A stretch of DNA of 63,737 nucleotides. Origin: Octopus bimaculoides (lineage: Eukaryota). Below are positions 11,530 through 23,752 of the stretch, one piece after another (positions within the stretch are counted from its first letter, which is position 1; the number at the start of each line of letters is the position of its first letter). A program made the position numbers and the translations under genes. The stretch is from assembly GCF_001194135.2 (NCBI RefSeq), contig NC_068988.1, forward strand, positions 1,598,376 to 1,662,112, read 5' to 3'. The notes under the pieces are model-generated. The model saw only the letters and a program-made list of their open reading frames with translations, had not been told where the DNA came from and ran no database searches.

Positions 11530-12530
11530 TTGGACAAAATTTCTTCTGGTTCTGTATGTTCTGAGTTCAAATCTTACCAAGGTCGACAAAATCGGTACCA
11601 GCTAAGCTCTGCAATCAAATATTATCAATTAACCCCCTACCCCCAAAAGTACTGGCCTTGTGCCAAAATTTGAACCCATTATTATTAGCAGTCGTACTGT
11701 AATATCATGTAAGTCCATAATCTTTTGGTTCCGTTGAATGATATTTTGGGTTAAGAACATCTGCTCTTATCCTCCCTCCGGGCGTTCTTCATGTCTAAGA
11801 TTCATGGGTCGAAAAAAGACAAAGAAAAAAAATACTTCTAAAGCTGGTGTATGCAGATATCCAAGTCATCTCCTCCACACACCAACCTCTACCTTTTCTG
11901 CTACGCTTCAATATTATTATTATTATTTCTCATAAGAAGGGCAGCGTCATTAGTCTGTTGGACGGAATGCTTGGTGGTATTTCACCCATCGCTACATTCT
12001 CGGTTCAAATTCCACCGAGGTCAACTTCGCTTCTCATCCTTCCGGGGTCAATAAATTAAGTACCAGTAAAATTCTGGGGTCGATTAGTTCCCTCCCCAAA
12101 AATATCAGGCCTTGTGCCTATAATAGACAGGATTATTTCCCCCATAAGGCAGTGAGCAGAATTGTTACAGCACCAGAAACATGCTTAGTGCCATTTCTTC
12201 TGAATTAAAATTCTGCCAAGGTCAACTTTGCCTTTTATCTTTTCAGGGTCATTACAATAAATACCAGTTAAATGCTGGGGGTCAATGTAATTAACTTATT
12301 GCTTCCCCTGAAATTGCTGGCCTTGTACCAAAATTTATAACCAATCTTATTTCTCACCCAACAATCCAGTTGTTTTACAATATTTCTATTGCTTTTCCGC
12401 CAAGGTTAACTTTGCCTTTCATCCTTTCGGGGTCGATTAATTAAGTACCAGTTGCATACCAGGGTTGATCTAATGAACTGGCCCCCTCCCACAAAAAAAA
12501 CTTCAGGCCTTGTGCCTAGAGTAGAAAAGA
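11530..12530 (+). mobile_element. Cluster of four same-orientation SINE family B copies
   Basis: Units at about 11530-11680, 11940-12130, 12145-12345 and 12395-12530. Confidence 0.75.
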
Positions 12531-13288
12531 CTATTTCTATTGCTTTATACGGCTTAACATTGGACTAGCATCCTTCTCTTACCATTCCATTACAATATCA
12601 CACACACACTATGTTCTCATGCAACCTTCAACCCTTTTTGAACTGGAAACTCCTTATTCTGACACAAGCTCCCTGTCTCTTTCAGTGTCCCTCTATCAGT
12701 ATCACAGAAGTGTCTTGAATGAAGGACACTTGCTGCTATGTCCACAATAACCAACAAATTACTGTAAGTCTTATCTCTGAGTCAGACTTTGCGCCTGAGA
12801 CACCATCACATTTTTAGTTACCAATAATAATAATAATTATTATTATTTTGCCCTTACCACTTTTCTTTTGTTCTGTATTTGACACAATCCCTTCAGCCTT
12901 TGGCACTAGGTTTCACTGAATTAGGGTTATTCCCAGTATTTTAACAACACTGTTCTATTCTATTTAATAGATGTCGTTTTTTTGCCCCCCACCCCACCCC
13001 CGCTCCTCTTTGTTCCACAGATATATATATATTCTCACCTGCAATCACTCCTTCTTTGTTTCAGACACATTGTCACTCATATACAGTCAGTCACCCTGTC
13101 TCATAGATATCTATTGTTATTTATGGCACTTCTGGTCTCTAATAAACATTTCGTTCACTTTGAAGATGATGTCAACCTCCAGTTCATTGAGAACTTACCT
13201 GTCATGCATGTTAAATCAACCTGTTTATGAATAATAATCTGTTTTTGCATGTTGATATAACCTCTTTGATGTTTTTTTTCCCTCTCAG

Positions 13289-13315
13289 ATGTCTACAAAT
13301 GAAAAGAAACTGTGA
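13289..13315 (+). CDS. Candidate alternative terminal or poison exon: MSTNEKKL*
   Basis: Strong acceptor gttttttttccctctcag| ending at 13288; two TGCATG motifs upstream (13205-13210, 13246-13251); phase-0 reading stops after 8 codons. Confidence 0.28.
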   Translation: MSTNEKKL

Positions 13316-13383
13316 TTACATACACACACACGCTACTGTTTGTTACTTCACATGTTATAGAGAATTTTCCTAAATATAAATAG

Positions 13384-13432
<49 letters not shown>

Positions 13433-14129
13433 TTGATATTAACCAAATGGGAGATAAGCTATTTAGTAAATGTAGGAGAGTAAAATTGTATTTGATTGTA
13501 GGCATGTTCGTCCACATGTGAATGCTTCTCCAGGTTACACAGCAAAAGAGAACACGTTTCGTTAAACAAGGTCTGTGATCTGGCTGCATAAGAAACTTTG
13601 ATAGCATCAGAGCAGGGGAAATAATTCTAGAATAGCTTGAACAGAGATTGACTAATGAATGGAATAAAATATACCAAAAGGTGAAGGCCAATGTCATAGG
13701 GTGCTAGTTAAATAGTGACGGTGCATGTGTGGGAGGGTGGAGTTTGAATCAATATATAAATTAAACACATTTAATTGAATAATACTTAATTGGTTGGTGA
13801 TTGATAAACAACACAAGATAGAGAAGAGATCATCACAATATGATGTGATTAGGGGTGGCTGGCGAGTAGGGTTAAATCTTCATTTAATTGAAGATTTATT
13901 TACATAATAGAGTGATAATACCAGTGATTATTTTTTTCTGTTCTTGTTTCCAATGACCAGAAATGCATCCAACATTACATTTGCCTCTGCTAGAATGTGT
14001 TCTAGATATATACACACACATACTGTTTTTGAACAGCATCTCCATGTAGATACTGTCTGCAGATAAATACTGCTTATCAAGTATTTACATTGAGTATGGT
14101 ACATATTTCTTTTACTTGTTTCAATCATT

Positions 14130-14730
14130 AGATTGGCCATACTGGAGGACTGAAATAGACCACAGTACTTTTTTTTTTCTTTGAAGCCCAGTATATATTC
14201 TTCTATCAATCTCTTTTGCTGAGCTCTCGAGTTATGGGGGAGATAAACAAACCAACACCAGTTGCCAAGTGGTGGTGACCACACACACACACGACAGGCT
14301 TCTTTTCCAGGGTGCCACACAATGAGACTGAACACACTCCCACACCTGCACCTATGTATCTTGTTTAATTCATTTGACTGCAGCTATGCTGTGGCACCAC
14401 CTTGAAGAGTTTTAGTTGAAAAAAATCGACCCTAAGAGTTTTTTCTTTTTTTAAAGCCTAATATTTATTCTATTGGTCGCTTTTGCCAAACTGCTAAGTT
14501 AAAGGGGCATAAACACACCAACACTGTTGTCAGGCAATGGTGGTGGACTAACAGATATATATACACACACATGATGAGCTTCTTTCAGTTTTCATCTACC
14601 AACTCCACTCACAGGACCTTGGTCAGCCCAGGACTACTGTAGAAGACACTTGCCCAAGGTGCCATGCTGTGGGACTGAACTCAGAACCATGGGAAGTAAG
14701 CTTCTTACTACACAGCCATGCCTGCACCTA
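14130..14730 (-). mobile_element. SINE family A copies (one partial, one full)
   Basis: Same modules as the other family A copies, on the minus strand. Confidence 0.7.
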
Positions 14731-15021
14731 TGTATATATATCATCATTTAACATCTGATCTGGTAAGGTTTCTACAGCTGGATGCCCTTCTTAATGCCAA
14801 CCATTCTGAGAGTGTACTGGGTGCTTTTTACATGCCACCAGCATGGGGGCCAGTCAGGTGGCACTGGTATCAGCCACGACTATGATTTCACTTGACTCAA
14901 TAGGTCTTCTCAAGTACAGCATATTGCCTGACAATTGAAGGGTACTTTTAAACAGGTTAGTTATGCAACACTAGCATCTGCCACAATCTCACTCGCTTTG
15001 CCAGGTCATATATATATATAT

Positions 15022-16254
15022 ATCATCATCGTTTAACGTCCGCTTTCCATGCTAGCATGGGTTGGACGATTTGACTGAGGACTGGTGAAACCAGATGCCT
15101 ACACCAGGTTCCAATCTGATTTGGCAGAGTTTCTACAGCTGGATGCCCTTCCTAACGCCAACCACTCAGAGTGTAGTGGGTGCTTTTACGTGTCACCCGC
15201 ACGAAGGTCATTCAGGCGGTACTGGCAACGATCTCGCTCGAAAATCCCACGAAGGCCAGCCCAGCGGCACTGGCAACGGTCACGCTCAAAATGGTGCATT
15301 TCATGTGCCACCCGCACAAGAGCCAGTCCTGGGGCACTGGCAACGATCTCACTCGAAAATCCTACAACGGCCCCGCACAAGAGCCAGTTCAGGGGCACTG
15401 GCAATGATCTCGCTCGAAAGATTTCATGTGTCGCCCGCACATGATNNNNNNNNNNNNNNNNNNNNNNNNNNNNNNNNNNNNNNNNNNNNNNNNNNNNNNN
15501 NNNNNNNNNNNNNNNNNNNNNNNNNNNNNNNNNNNNNNNNNNNNNNNNNNNNNNNNNNNNNNNNNNNNNNNNNNNNNNNNNNNNNNNNNNNNNNNNNNNN
15601 NNNNNNNNNNNNNNNNNNNNNNNNNNNNNNNNNNNNNNNNNNNNNNNNNNNNNNNNNNNNNNNNNNNNNNNNNNNNNNNNNNNNNNNNNNNNNNNNNNNN
15701 NNNNNNNNNNNNNNNNNNNNNNNNNNNNNNNNNNNNNNNNNNNNNNNNNNNNNNNNNNNNNNNNNNNNNNNNNNNNNNNNNNNNNNNNNNNNNNNNNNNN
15801 NNNNNNNNNNNNNNNNNNNNNNNNNNNNNNNNNNNNNNNNNNNNNNNNNNNNNNNNNNNNNNNNNNNNNNNNNNNNNNNNNNNNNNNNNNNNNNNNNNNN
15901 NNNNNNNNNNNNNNNNNNNNNNNNNNNNNNNNNNNNNNNNNNNNNNNNNNNNNNNNNNNNNNNNNNNNNNNNNNNNNNNNNNNNNNNNNNNNNNNNNNNN
16001 NNNNNNNNNNNNNNNNNNNNNNNNNNNNNNNNNNNNNNNNNNNNNNNNNNNNNNNNNNNNNNNNNNNNNNNNNNNNNNNNNNNNNNNNNNNNNNNNNNNN
16101 NNNNNNNNNNNNNAACGGTCCCGCACAAGAGCCAGTTCAGGGGCACTGGCAACGATCTCACTCGAAAATCCTACAACGGCCCCGCACAAGAGCCAGTTCA
16201 GGGGCACTGGCAATGATCTCGCTCGAAAGATTTCATGTGTCGCCCGCACATGAT
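15022..16254 (-). mobile_element. RTE 3'-UTR-derived repeat with an expanded ~60-bp internal tandem array, spanning an N gap
   Basis: Starts CATCATCGTTTAACGTCCGCTTTCCATGCTAGCATGGGTTGGACG (reverse complement of the RTE tail); unit GGCACTGGCAACGATCTC.CTCGAAA...CCCGCACAAGAGCCAGT repeated. Similar copies at 7762-8100 (-), 14722-15005 (-) and 19015-19175 (+). Confidence 0.8.
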
Positions 16255-16269
16255 ATAGATATATACACA

Positions 16270-16545
16270 CAGGTGCAGGAATGGCTGTGTGGTAAGAAGC
16301 TTGTTCTGGGTTCAGTCCCACAGCGTGGCACCTTGGGCAAGTGCCTTCTACTATAGCCTCAGGCCAACCAAAGCCTTGTGAGTGGATTTGGTAGACGGAA
16401 ACTGAAAGAAGTCTGAATGTGTGTGTGTACATATGTGTGTGTGTTTTTTGTATCTGTATTTGCCCACCCCCCATAATCGCTTGACAATTGATGGTGTGTT
16501 TTGCACCAGCATGGCCACAGTCAAATGACTGAAACAAGTAACAGA
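16270..16545 (+). mobile_element. SINE family A copy
   Basis: Head, GAAACTGAAAGAAG, (TG)n, then CCAGCATGGCCACAGTCAAATGACTGAAACAAGT 3' end. Confidence 0.8.
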
Positions 16546-17717
16546 ATATAAAAGCAATACATAAAAAAACCAAACATTACAATAAGTCATATAGCAAGCT
16601 TTTAAACTTTCTTAGGAAACAGTGCAATAGGTTTCCAGAGATGTTAGTAATTCAATATTCACATTCTAGAATTGCTATTTAGTCTAAAATTTGTGGACAT
16701 GTAAAAGTTTTATGACAAAATTTCCAAATTTTTAATTTCATAATATACTCACCAATTTTCTTCAAACAGCTTTGAAAAAAAGCATTTGTCTTGATGTTTC
16801 ATCTAAGTAAAAGAATTATGAGATAAAGAGAAAGTTTGATTTCATTTTCAGAATTTCTTCTTTAAGAAACAAAAGTTCATTAAACCAAAAGCTAAAATCA
16901 ATTTGTTTTTATATCTTCTTTAATACAACAATGGCTTTTCTTACTCTACTTCCACTATAGAATGATTGAAAAACACATATAATGTCATACTGTAGATTTT
17001 GGTAACTTGCATTTTATGAATTGGTTCTATCAAATTCCTACAATTAAAAAAAACCTAAAGCAGTGTTAATACAAGGGCTGTGGAGTCAAAACAAAGAACT
17101 TTGACTCCAACTCCTCTTTATCTTATCAAGTGATTGTGGTCTACGCATCTCATAAAGCCTATGCCTACGATATAGTTTTACCAACTCCAGCTACCCGTTG
17201 TTTCCGATGCCAGTTAATACTAAGATGGTGAATTCCAGAAGAAACCAAACTCATTACTAATCTGTTCTGTGACTAACATCAACAGAAAATAAAATCCTCA
17301 TGATGTACACATCAAACTATTCTCTCGCTGTGAAAACTGACCGACCTAAACCACACCCACACCCACACACCATTAGCACTGCATACCTGTACAAGGTGTC
17401 CATAAATTACAATTTGAAAATTTCAGGTGGTGAAAAATTAAAGATAACTCAGCAGAGTTTATTAGAAAAACGCAGGCAAAGAAATAAGGTTTTGTTAGAA
17501 ACATCAGAATACTTCCACATGGACTCCATTGGTTGGAGGCAACCTGATGAGCTAGCATTTTTTTTTCTCTTGAATTTTTAAAATTGTAAAAGTAATTTAA
17601 GGATACCTCTGTACAGTGCTAACGGTGTATGGCTGAGAAGAGTCAGTATTCACACTGATATAATAATACCATAAGTTACAGGGTTGTACTAAATTTATTT
17701 TCCCCTTTAAAAAACTG

Positions 17718-18075
17718 GGCTGTGTGCTGAGTAGCTTGCTTACCAACCACATGGTTCTGGGTTCAGTCCCACTGTGTGGCAAGTGTCTTCTACTCTAGCC
17801 TTGGGTCACTCAAAGCCTTGCAAGTGGATTTGGTAGATGGAAACTGAAAGAAGTCTGTCGTATATACAGACATATATGTTTGTGTGTCTGCGTTTGTCTC
17901 CCCAACATCGCTTGGCAACCGATACTGGTGTGTTTACGTCCCCATAACTTAGCAGTTCAGCAAAAGTGACTGATAGAATAAGTTGTCAAGCTTACAAAGA
18001 GTAAGTCCTGGGGTCGATTTGTTTGACTAAAGACGGTGCTCCAGCATGGCCGCAGTCAAACGACTGAAGCAAATT
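17718..18075 (+). mobile_element. SINE family A, full-length copy
   Basis: Head, internal microsatellite and complete 3' module. Confidence 0.85.
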
Positions 18076-19695
18076 AAAGGATATTGCCTCAGGTGGTGCT
18101 ATTAAGCTAGACATGGCCTGTGTCTATACTAGGTGACACCTAACAAAGTCATTTGCTATAATCAGTGATAAAAATAACTATAATTAAGATCCTGTAAGTA
18201 TTACATAAACAAATGGATAATAATAAATATATGCTTCATATTTTCTCTCTTCTCATTGCTCACCACTTCCTGTGTCTCCAGGCATCTCTCCCCTGAGCAT
18301 CATCTTAAGACTGCTATACTTCATCTCTAACACCTTCCCATTTTGCTGTCAACACCCCCTTCCATACATCTTTGTCCCTCACTCATAGCCATCACTACAT
18401 ACCTCTGACCCTCATTTCTAGTTACTCTCACCCGATTCTATATAATGCAAAGTAGCCGTGTATCTCCCGCCATAGCAACATACCTGTTTCTGTCCCTCTC
18501 TCATACTTTAGCCTCTCAACACCAGGTAAAAAGCCATTTTCCCTCACAAGGCAGCTGCTTCTTGGTCTTGCAAGTCACCCGATACCCTTCACTTGTGCCA
18601 GTGTCACAAAAAAAAAAAAAANNNNNNNNNNAAAAAAAAAAAAAAAAAGGCACCCAGGACATTCCATGAAGTGATTGGCATTAAGAAGTTCATCTTGTCA
18701 TAGAAACCATGCTAAAGGAGACAAGTGAAGAATACCACAAACCTCTGGCTCATTAGATCTTGCCAAATAATCCAACTCAGGCCAGCATGGAAAGATGGAT
18801 GTTAAATGGTGGTGCTAGTGAAGATGAGGATATCAGGCAATGTTTTCTTCCTGCAAGGATAGACTTAAAAATGGTTTGAATTTCTGTAAAACCATTGTAT
18901 GTGCAAGTGCTTTGATATATATCAAAATGAAGATTTAGGTCAACTATTGTCTGGTCACTTGAACAAATATTCCAAGTTATTTGGAAATTGTAAGCTTGGA
19001 CAGACTTAAAAAGTGTTGGTACCATGTAAAAAGCACTCTGTAAAGTAGCTGGCATGAGGAAGGGAATCCAGCTGTAGAAACTATATTAAAACAGACAATG
19101 GGAAGCTGGTGCGACTCCTGCATGTGAAACCATCCAATCCTTGCCAGCATAGAGAACGGATGTTGAATGATGATGGCAGACTAAAATTAATCCAACAACC
19201 AGACGTTTACACCTGAGTACATCAATGAAAGATTAAATATTTTGTGGTATAAGCCAACAATTATTTATCATGGGAGGAGGTCAAAAATAATATTAGAAAT
19301 GGTATTATCGAATTGGAATTACTATCATTGAAATTTCTCTAAATTGTGACTTTGATATGTTTATTGTTTTTGAAAGTCTGTTTACATGTCAACGTTCTTC
19401 TAAAAATTCTAAGAGCTTTAAATTAATTATAAGCAACTATTAATTAGTATTGGCAGTGTTAATAACTGATATAGATTTTATGTTATTAATTTTACCGTTT
19501 ATATTAGATTCTTCCAATGCTGAATTGTCTTTGAATTTCCATGCTTCTTTTGTTCAGCAACCATTTTCTTTCTTGTTTACTTGAAGTCTCTGAAATATAA
19601 AACAAATAATTCGAATGTCATTCCAATCTTCGTTTCATTTGCAGAGATAAGAAATTGTCTGACAAATTCCTACGTTAACATCTTATATTTTTCAG

Positions 19696-19830
19696 GAATT
19701 GGTGAACCGTTATATGACGGATGACGAGAGCTACTTGCAGTCAGACGCAGAATCTTACATCCGAACTGATGATGAAGAGGGTGGCAACACCGAATGGGAA
19801 GAATCAATGCGACGCTGGGTGAACAGATGA
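19696..19830 (+). CDS. Dyb: Dystrobrevin-like gene, terminal coding exon: ELVNRYMTDDESYLQSDAESYIRTDDEEGGNTEWEESMRRWVNR*
   Basis: Acceptor atatttttcag|, phase 0 as the previous exon requires; 44 codons then TGA (19828-19830); same acidic ESY motifs as the preceding exon; followed by a SINE-free AT-rich region with AATAAA. Confidence 0.75.
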   Translation, partial: ELVNRYMTDDESYLQSDAESYIRTDDEEGGNTEWEESMRRWVNR

Positions 19831-20687
19831 TAGTTCATCAACTACGAAACCTGTTGCTGATTAAAGAAGCCAACAAACAGCTTCTGAAAGGCTTTAATTC
19901 TGGAAATTTCTCTCTTTTCCACCTGGTATTTCTGTCAGTCTGTCAGTCTGCCTTTTTGCACCACCACCCCACAAAAATAAATAAATAAAACCAAATAAAA
20001 CCATGCTGTTTCCAGCAAGGCCACACTTTAGAGCAGCACTGCAGCCGAGATGGACGACTCCCAAAATGACCAGTCGCCAGTCAGTGGTAGCAGCACCAGT
20101 CTTGTTTTATTAATGGACATTTCTGTTCCCTTTGAAAATACCTCACAACATACAACTACCGTCATTTCTATTTGTCTCTACACTTTTTGTGAAATTATTT
20201 TAAGCCACTGTTATCTTTAATCATAGTTTCAGTCGAAGGAGGAAAATAAATCTGTCAGAAGACAAATTGTAAAATGCATCTATGACTGTTGCAGAATGGA
20301 ATGTGAAATGGAAGCGACTGAGAAGAATATTCTAAGACGTCTTTGAGTGTTAATGTATAGAGAAGTCATGTTTGATGGTAACGGCAACACCGTAATATTG
20401 TATCATGCAGTTGGCATTGATGGCTGAGAGTAAAAGAGAATGTTGGCAAAGACATTGAGGTCTTCAGTAAAGAATACATTAATGTTTATGATACTAAGTC
20501 CTTTGATTAAAAATGCTGAAATGTTAAAAAAGAAAATCTTAATTCTAACGTTTGTCATCCTTGACAATACATTTTTAGCTACAATGACATCATCATATTA
20601 AACTATGGATACCTGAAATTAAGTTTATTTCTTATGGTTAGCATTCAAATGAAATTCAGTGATATTTACATATATTGGGTTAAGTAG

Positions 20688-20734
<47 letters not shown>

Positions 20735-21100
20735 ATTATACTAAGGAAAAGGTCTTCACACACATATATAGATGTGTGTGCATTTATTAGATTTGAATGG
20801 CCTGATATGCTAAGTTTCATGTGAATGTATTCATAGTTATTCAATTGTAGTTTAGGTAATGGATTATGACTGCAATTTAAACAGTTAAAATGCAAGTTGT
20901 TGTCCAAGATCCAGACTCTGAATGTGTGTGTGCAGATAGATAAATAGATATATAGATAGATAAATAGATAGACATTCCAGTGGGTGACACATTTAAAAGT
21001 AATTATGGCCAACCATTCAGAATAGAATACTTAAAGATAAGTCTGAGAGTGAACAAAATATTTAATCCATAATCATTAGTTCAATAAAATATATTTTATT
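19831..21100 (+). other. Probable 3' UTR of the dystrobrevin-like gene with candidate poly(A) signals
   Basis: AATAAA cluster starting at 19976 and another AATAAA at 21083-21088; the region lacks the SINEs that fill the introns. The true 3' end cannot be determined. Confidence 0.45.
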
Positions 21101-21381
21101 GGATCAATAATTACGGATGAAATATTTTATATATGTAATTATGTGCTAGTAAACAGAGTTAATTTCTCCTACCTAAAGGTTTCGTGCAGTTGGCATTAAT
21201 CAACCATATTTATTTGTGAGTTTGAAATATTTCAGATTTAACACATGAAACCTTAAGCTACAAGGAATTAATTTTGTTTACTGATGCACAATTACAACAG
21301 GCTCTACACATTTCTAACACAAGCATCTATTGAGCACTTCGGGTTTTGCATAAAATAGACCCACTCATTCACGTGTGTGTG

Positions 21382-21419
<38 letters not shown>

Positions 21420-22461
21420 AATATTCTATAATTATAAACATAATTATAATCAGGGGTCAGCTAATTGCTTCACCATGCACTGAATTTAGAAATAGGAGTT
21501 GAAATGCCTTTTGTATAATTTTACCTAAAAAGGTTATTTTAATGTACTGAACTACTTGGTAAAATTATTAATTAATTGATTAATTTTACCCTATTATTAT
21601 TATTATATATATATATATATATATATATACAAAACTTGAATTTCTAAGCTGGAGAATTATTTAACACTCCGGCTAGTGTCCCCTCTTTGGTTGCTAGACT
21701 TCACAATGGTCTGGTCATTCTCTCTTCAGGCTTTGTTCACTTGACTGATATCTTCAGTAATATTCTTGGAATTTCACAGCTGACTTTACTAAATCCACAA
21801 GGGAAGAGACTTAAGATCCTGTTATCCCTTGAACCAGAGAATGTATTGATTAACCCAAGGATTGAACTCGCAACCACCAGCTAATCTATTGAATTTAATA
21901 CTTTACTCCCCAACAACCAATGAAAATTAGGAGCTTTAAATCTAACATTTCCATTGTGGTTGTAATTTCAATGGGTTTTTCTTCTTGGAAGTCCCACCCA
22001 CCATAGAGGGCTGTATCAGGCTTTCAAAGAATCAGTGAATATGTTGGGCCCTGATAACCCCAGTTGGCCTAGCATGGGAACTTTTAAGGAAGAAAAAAAA
22101 AAAAAAAAAAATCAACCACCATAACGAAAACGTTAGATTTATAGTTAATTGACCAACAGGAGGACAATGGGAGAGTGAAGCTAGGCATTGATTCAGTGGT
22201 ATGTTTAGTATTTTAGCTGAGACATGGGTTCAATATCTGGGTCAGTCAATATATAAACTCTGGTTCAGGGGTTATTAAAATAAGGAGAAGAGCTGTGGAC
22301 TTAAAGGGTTAACTTCAAGATTCTNNNNNNNNNNNNNNNNNNNNNNNNNNNNNNNNNNNNNNNNNNNNNNNNNNNNNNNNNNNNNNNNNNNNNNNNNNNN
22401 NNNNNNNNNNNNNNNNNNNNNNNNNNNNNNNNNNNNNNNNNNNNNNNNNNNNNNNNNNNNN

Positions 22462-22491
<30 letters not shown>

Positions 22492-22494
<3 letters not shown>

Positions 22495-22962
22495 CGCTGT
22501 GTGGTAAGTAGCTTGCTTACCAACCACATGGTTCCAGGTTCAGTCCCACTGTGGGGCACCTTGGGCAAGTGTCTTCTACTATAGCCTAGGGCCGAACAAA
22601 GCCTTGTGAGTGGATTTGGTTGACAGAAACTGAAAGAAGCCTTTATTTACATTAGACAGATATTTGTCATCACAAACAAGATGAGGACAAATATCCGTCA
22701 AATGTAAATAATGTAAATAATTCCTCATCTCTTAAATATAGAACTGAAAGAAGCCTGTCATATGTGTGTGTGTGTGTGCCCTCCAACATCGCTTGACAAC
22801 CGATGGTAGTGTGTTTTCCTCCCCGTAACTTAGCGGTTTGGCGAAAAAGAGACCGATAGAATAAGTACCTGGCTTACAAAGAATAAGTCCTAGGGCCGAT
22901 TTGCTCAACTAAAGGCAGTGCTCCATCATGGTCACAGTCAAATGACTAAAACTAGTAAAAGA

Positions 22963-22965
<3 letters not shown>
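22492..22965 (+). mobile_element. SINE family A copy interrupted by the insert at 22643-22741
   Basis: Head and 3' module are intact on either side of the insert. Confidence 0.85.
22643..22741 (+). mobile_element. ~100 bp Penelope-type terminal fragment with an inverted 5' copy, inserted in a SINE
   Basis: AACTGAAAGAAGCCT is duplicated at 22628-42 and 22742-56; 22643-68 is a 24/26 inverted copy of 22686-22711; the sequence is shared with 60595-60804. Confidence 0.6.
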
Positions 22966-23008
<43 letters not shown>

Positions 23009-23602
23009 TTTCCTTAATAGAATATGGCAAACGCCAGGCATCAAAAAAATATATAGCTGAAATTCTGGTCATCAATATGGTACATTTGCTATAAACCTAG
23101 AGATAATCCTTGGAATAAGATAATCCAAAACAATCATATCAGTATAGTAGACATCCTTAATATGACAACAATTTCTTTTGGAACTATGTGTCTTCCATAG
23201 AAACTATTTTCTTCAAAAATTTTTGGGATGTTTTTGCTTCCATATATTTTATTTTTCTTTCAAATATCAATTCTAAAGAATTTCGGAGATGAGCTTGGTT
23301 TGAAACCTTATGTTGAAATCCAAGCAATCACATCATTGAAGAGCTGATCCAGCCATTTAATAAACATAAAACTGCTAAATTAATTCCATTGGGTGCCAAA
23401 ATTTTTGTTGCACAACTGCAATTCTGGCCTCTGATACAGTTCTTTGTGTTACTAAATGGCTAGAATAGTTTTTCTAGGACATAATTCTAAAGATTTCATG
23501 AAGAGATTTGATTTGTAGTATTTATTGTAAGGTATTATATTTCTTTCGTCAGTATTTACTATAAAGCACAACCAATTCACTTTCTATATGTATGTATGTA
23601 TG

Positions 23603-23642
<40 letters not shown>

Positions 23643-23716
23643 AGTACAATATTATATATTGCAAAATACATACAGGTTTCACTTCATATAATAGATAATC
23701 ATTGTTAATGTATGTG

Positions 23717-23749
<33 letters not shown>

Positions 23750-23752
<3 letters not shown>

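Noticed and set aside
15331-16254. Near-identical ~115-nt sequence on both sides of the 668-N gap
   Set aside because: Most simply an overlap of contig ends in a tandem array, so not evidence of a real duplication.
15095-16573. Long ORFs of 245-394 aa (and similar ones at 23813-24872, 38282-39170, 45437-46120)
   Set aside because: They are mostly X residues read through N gaps.
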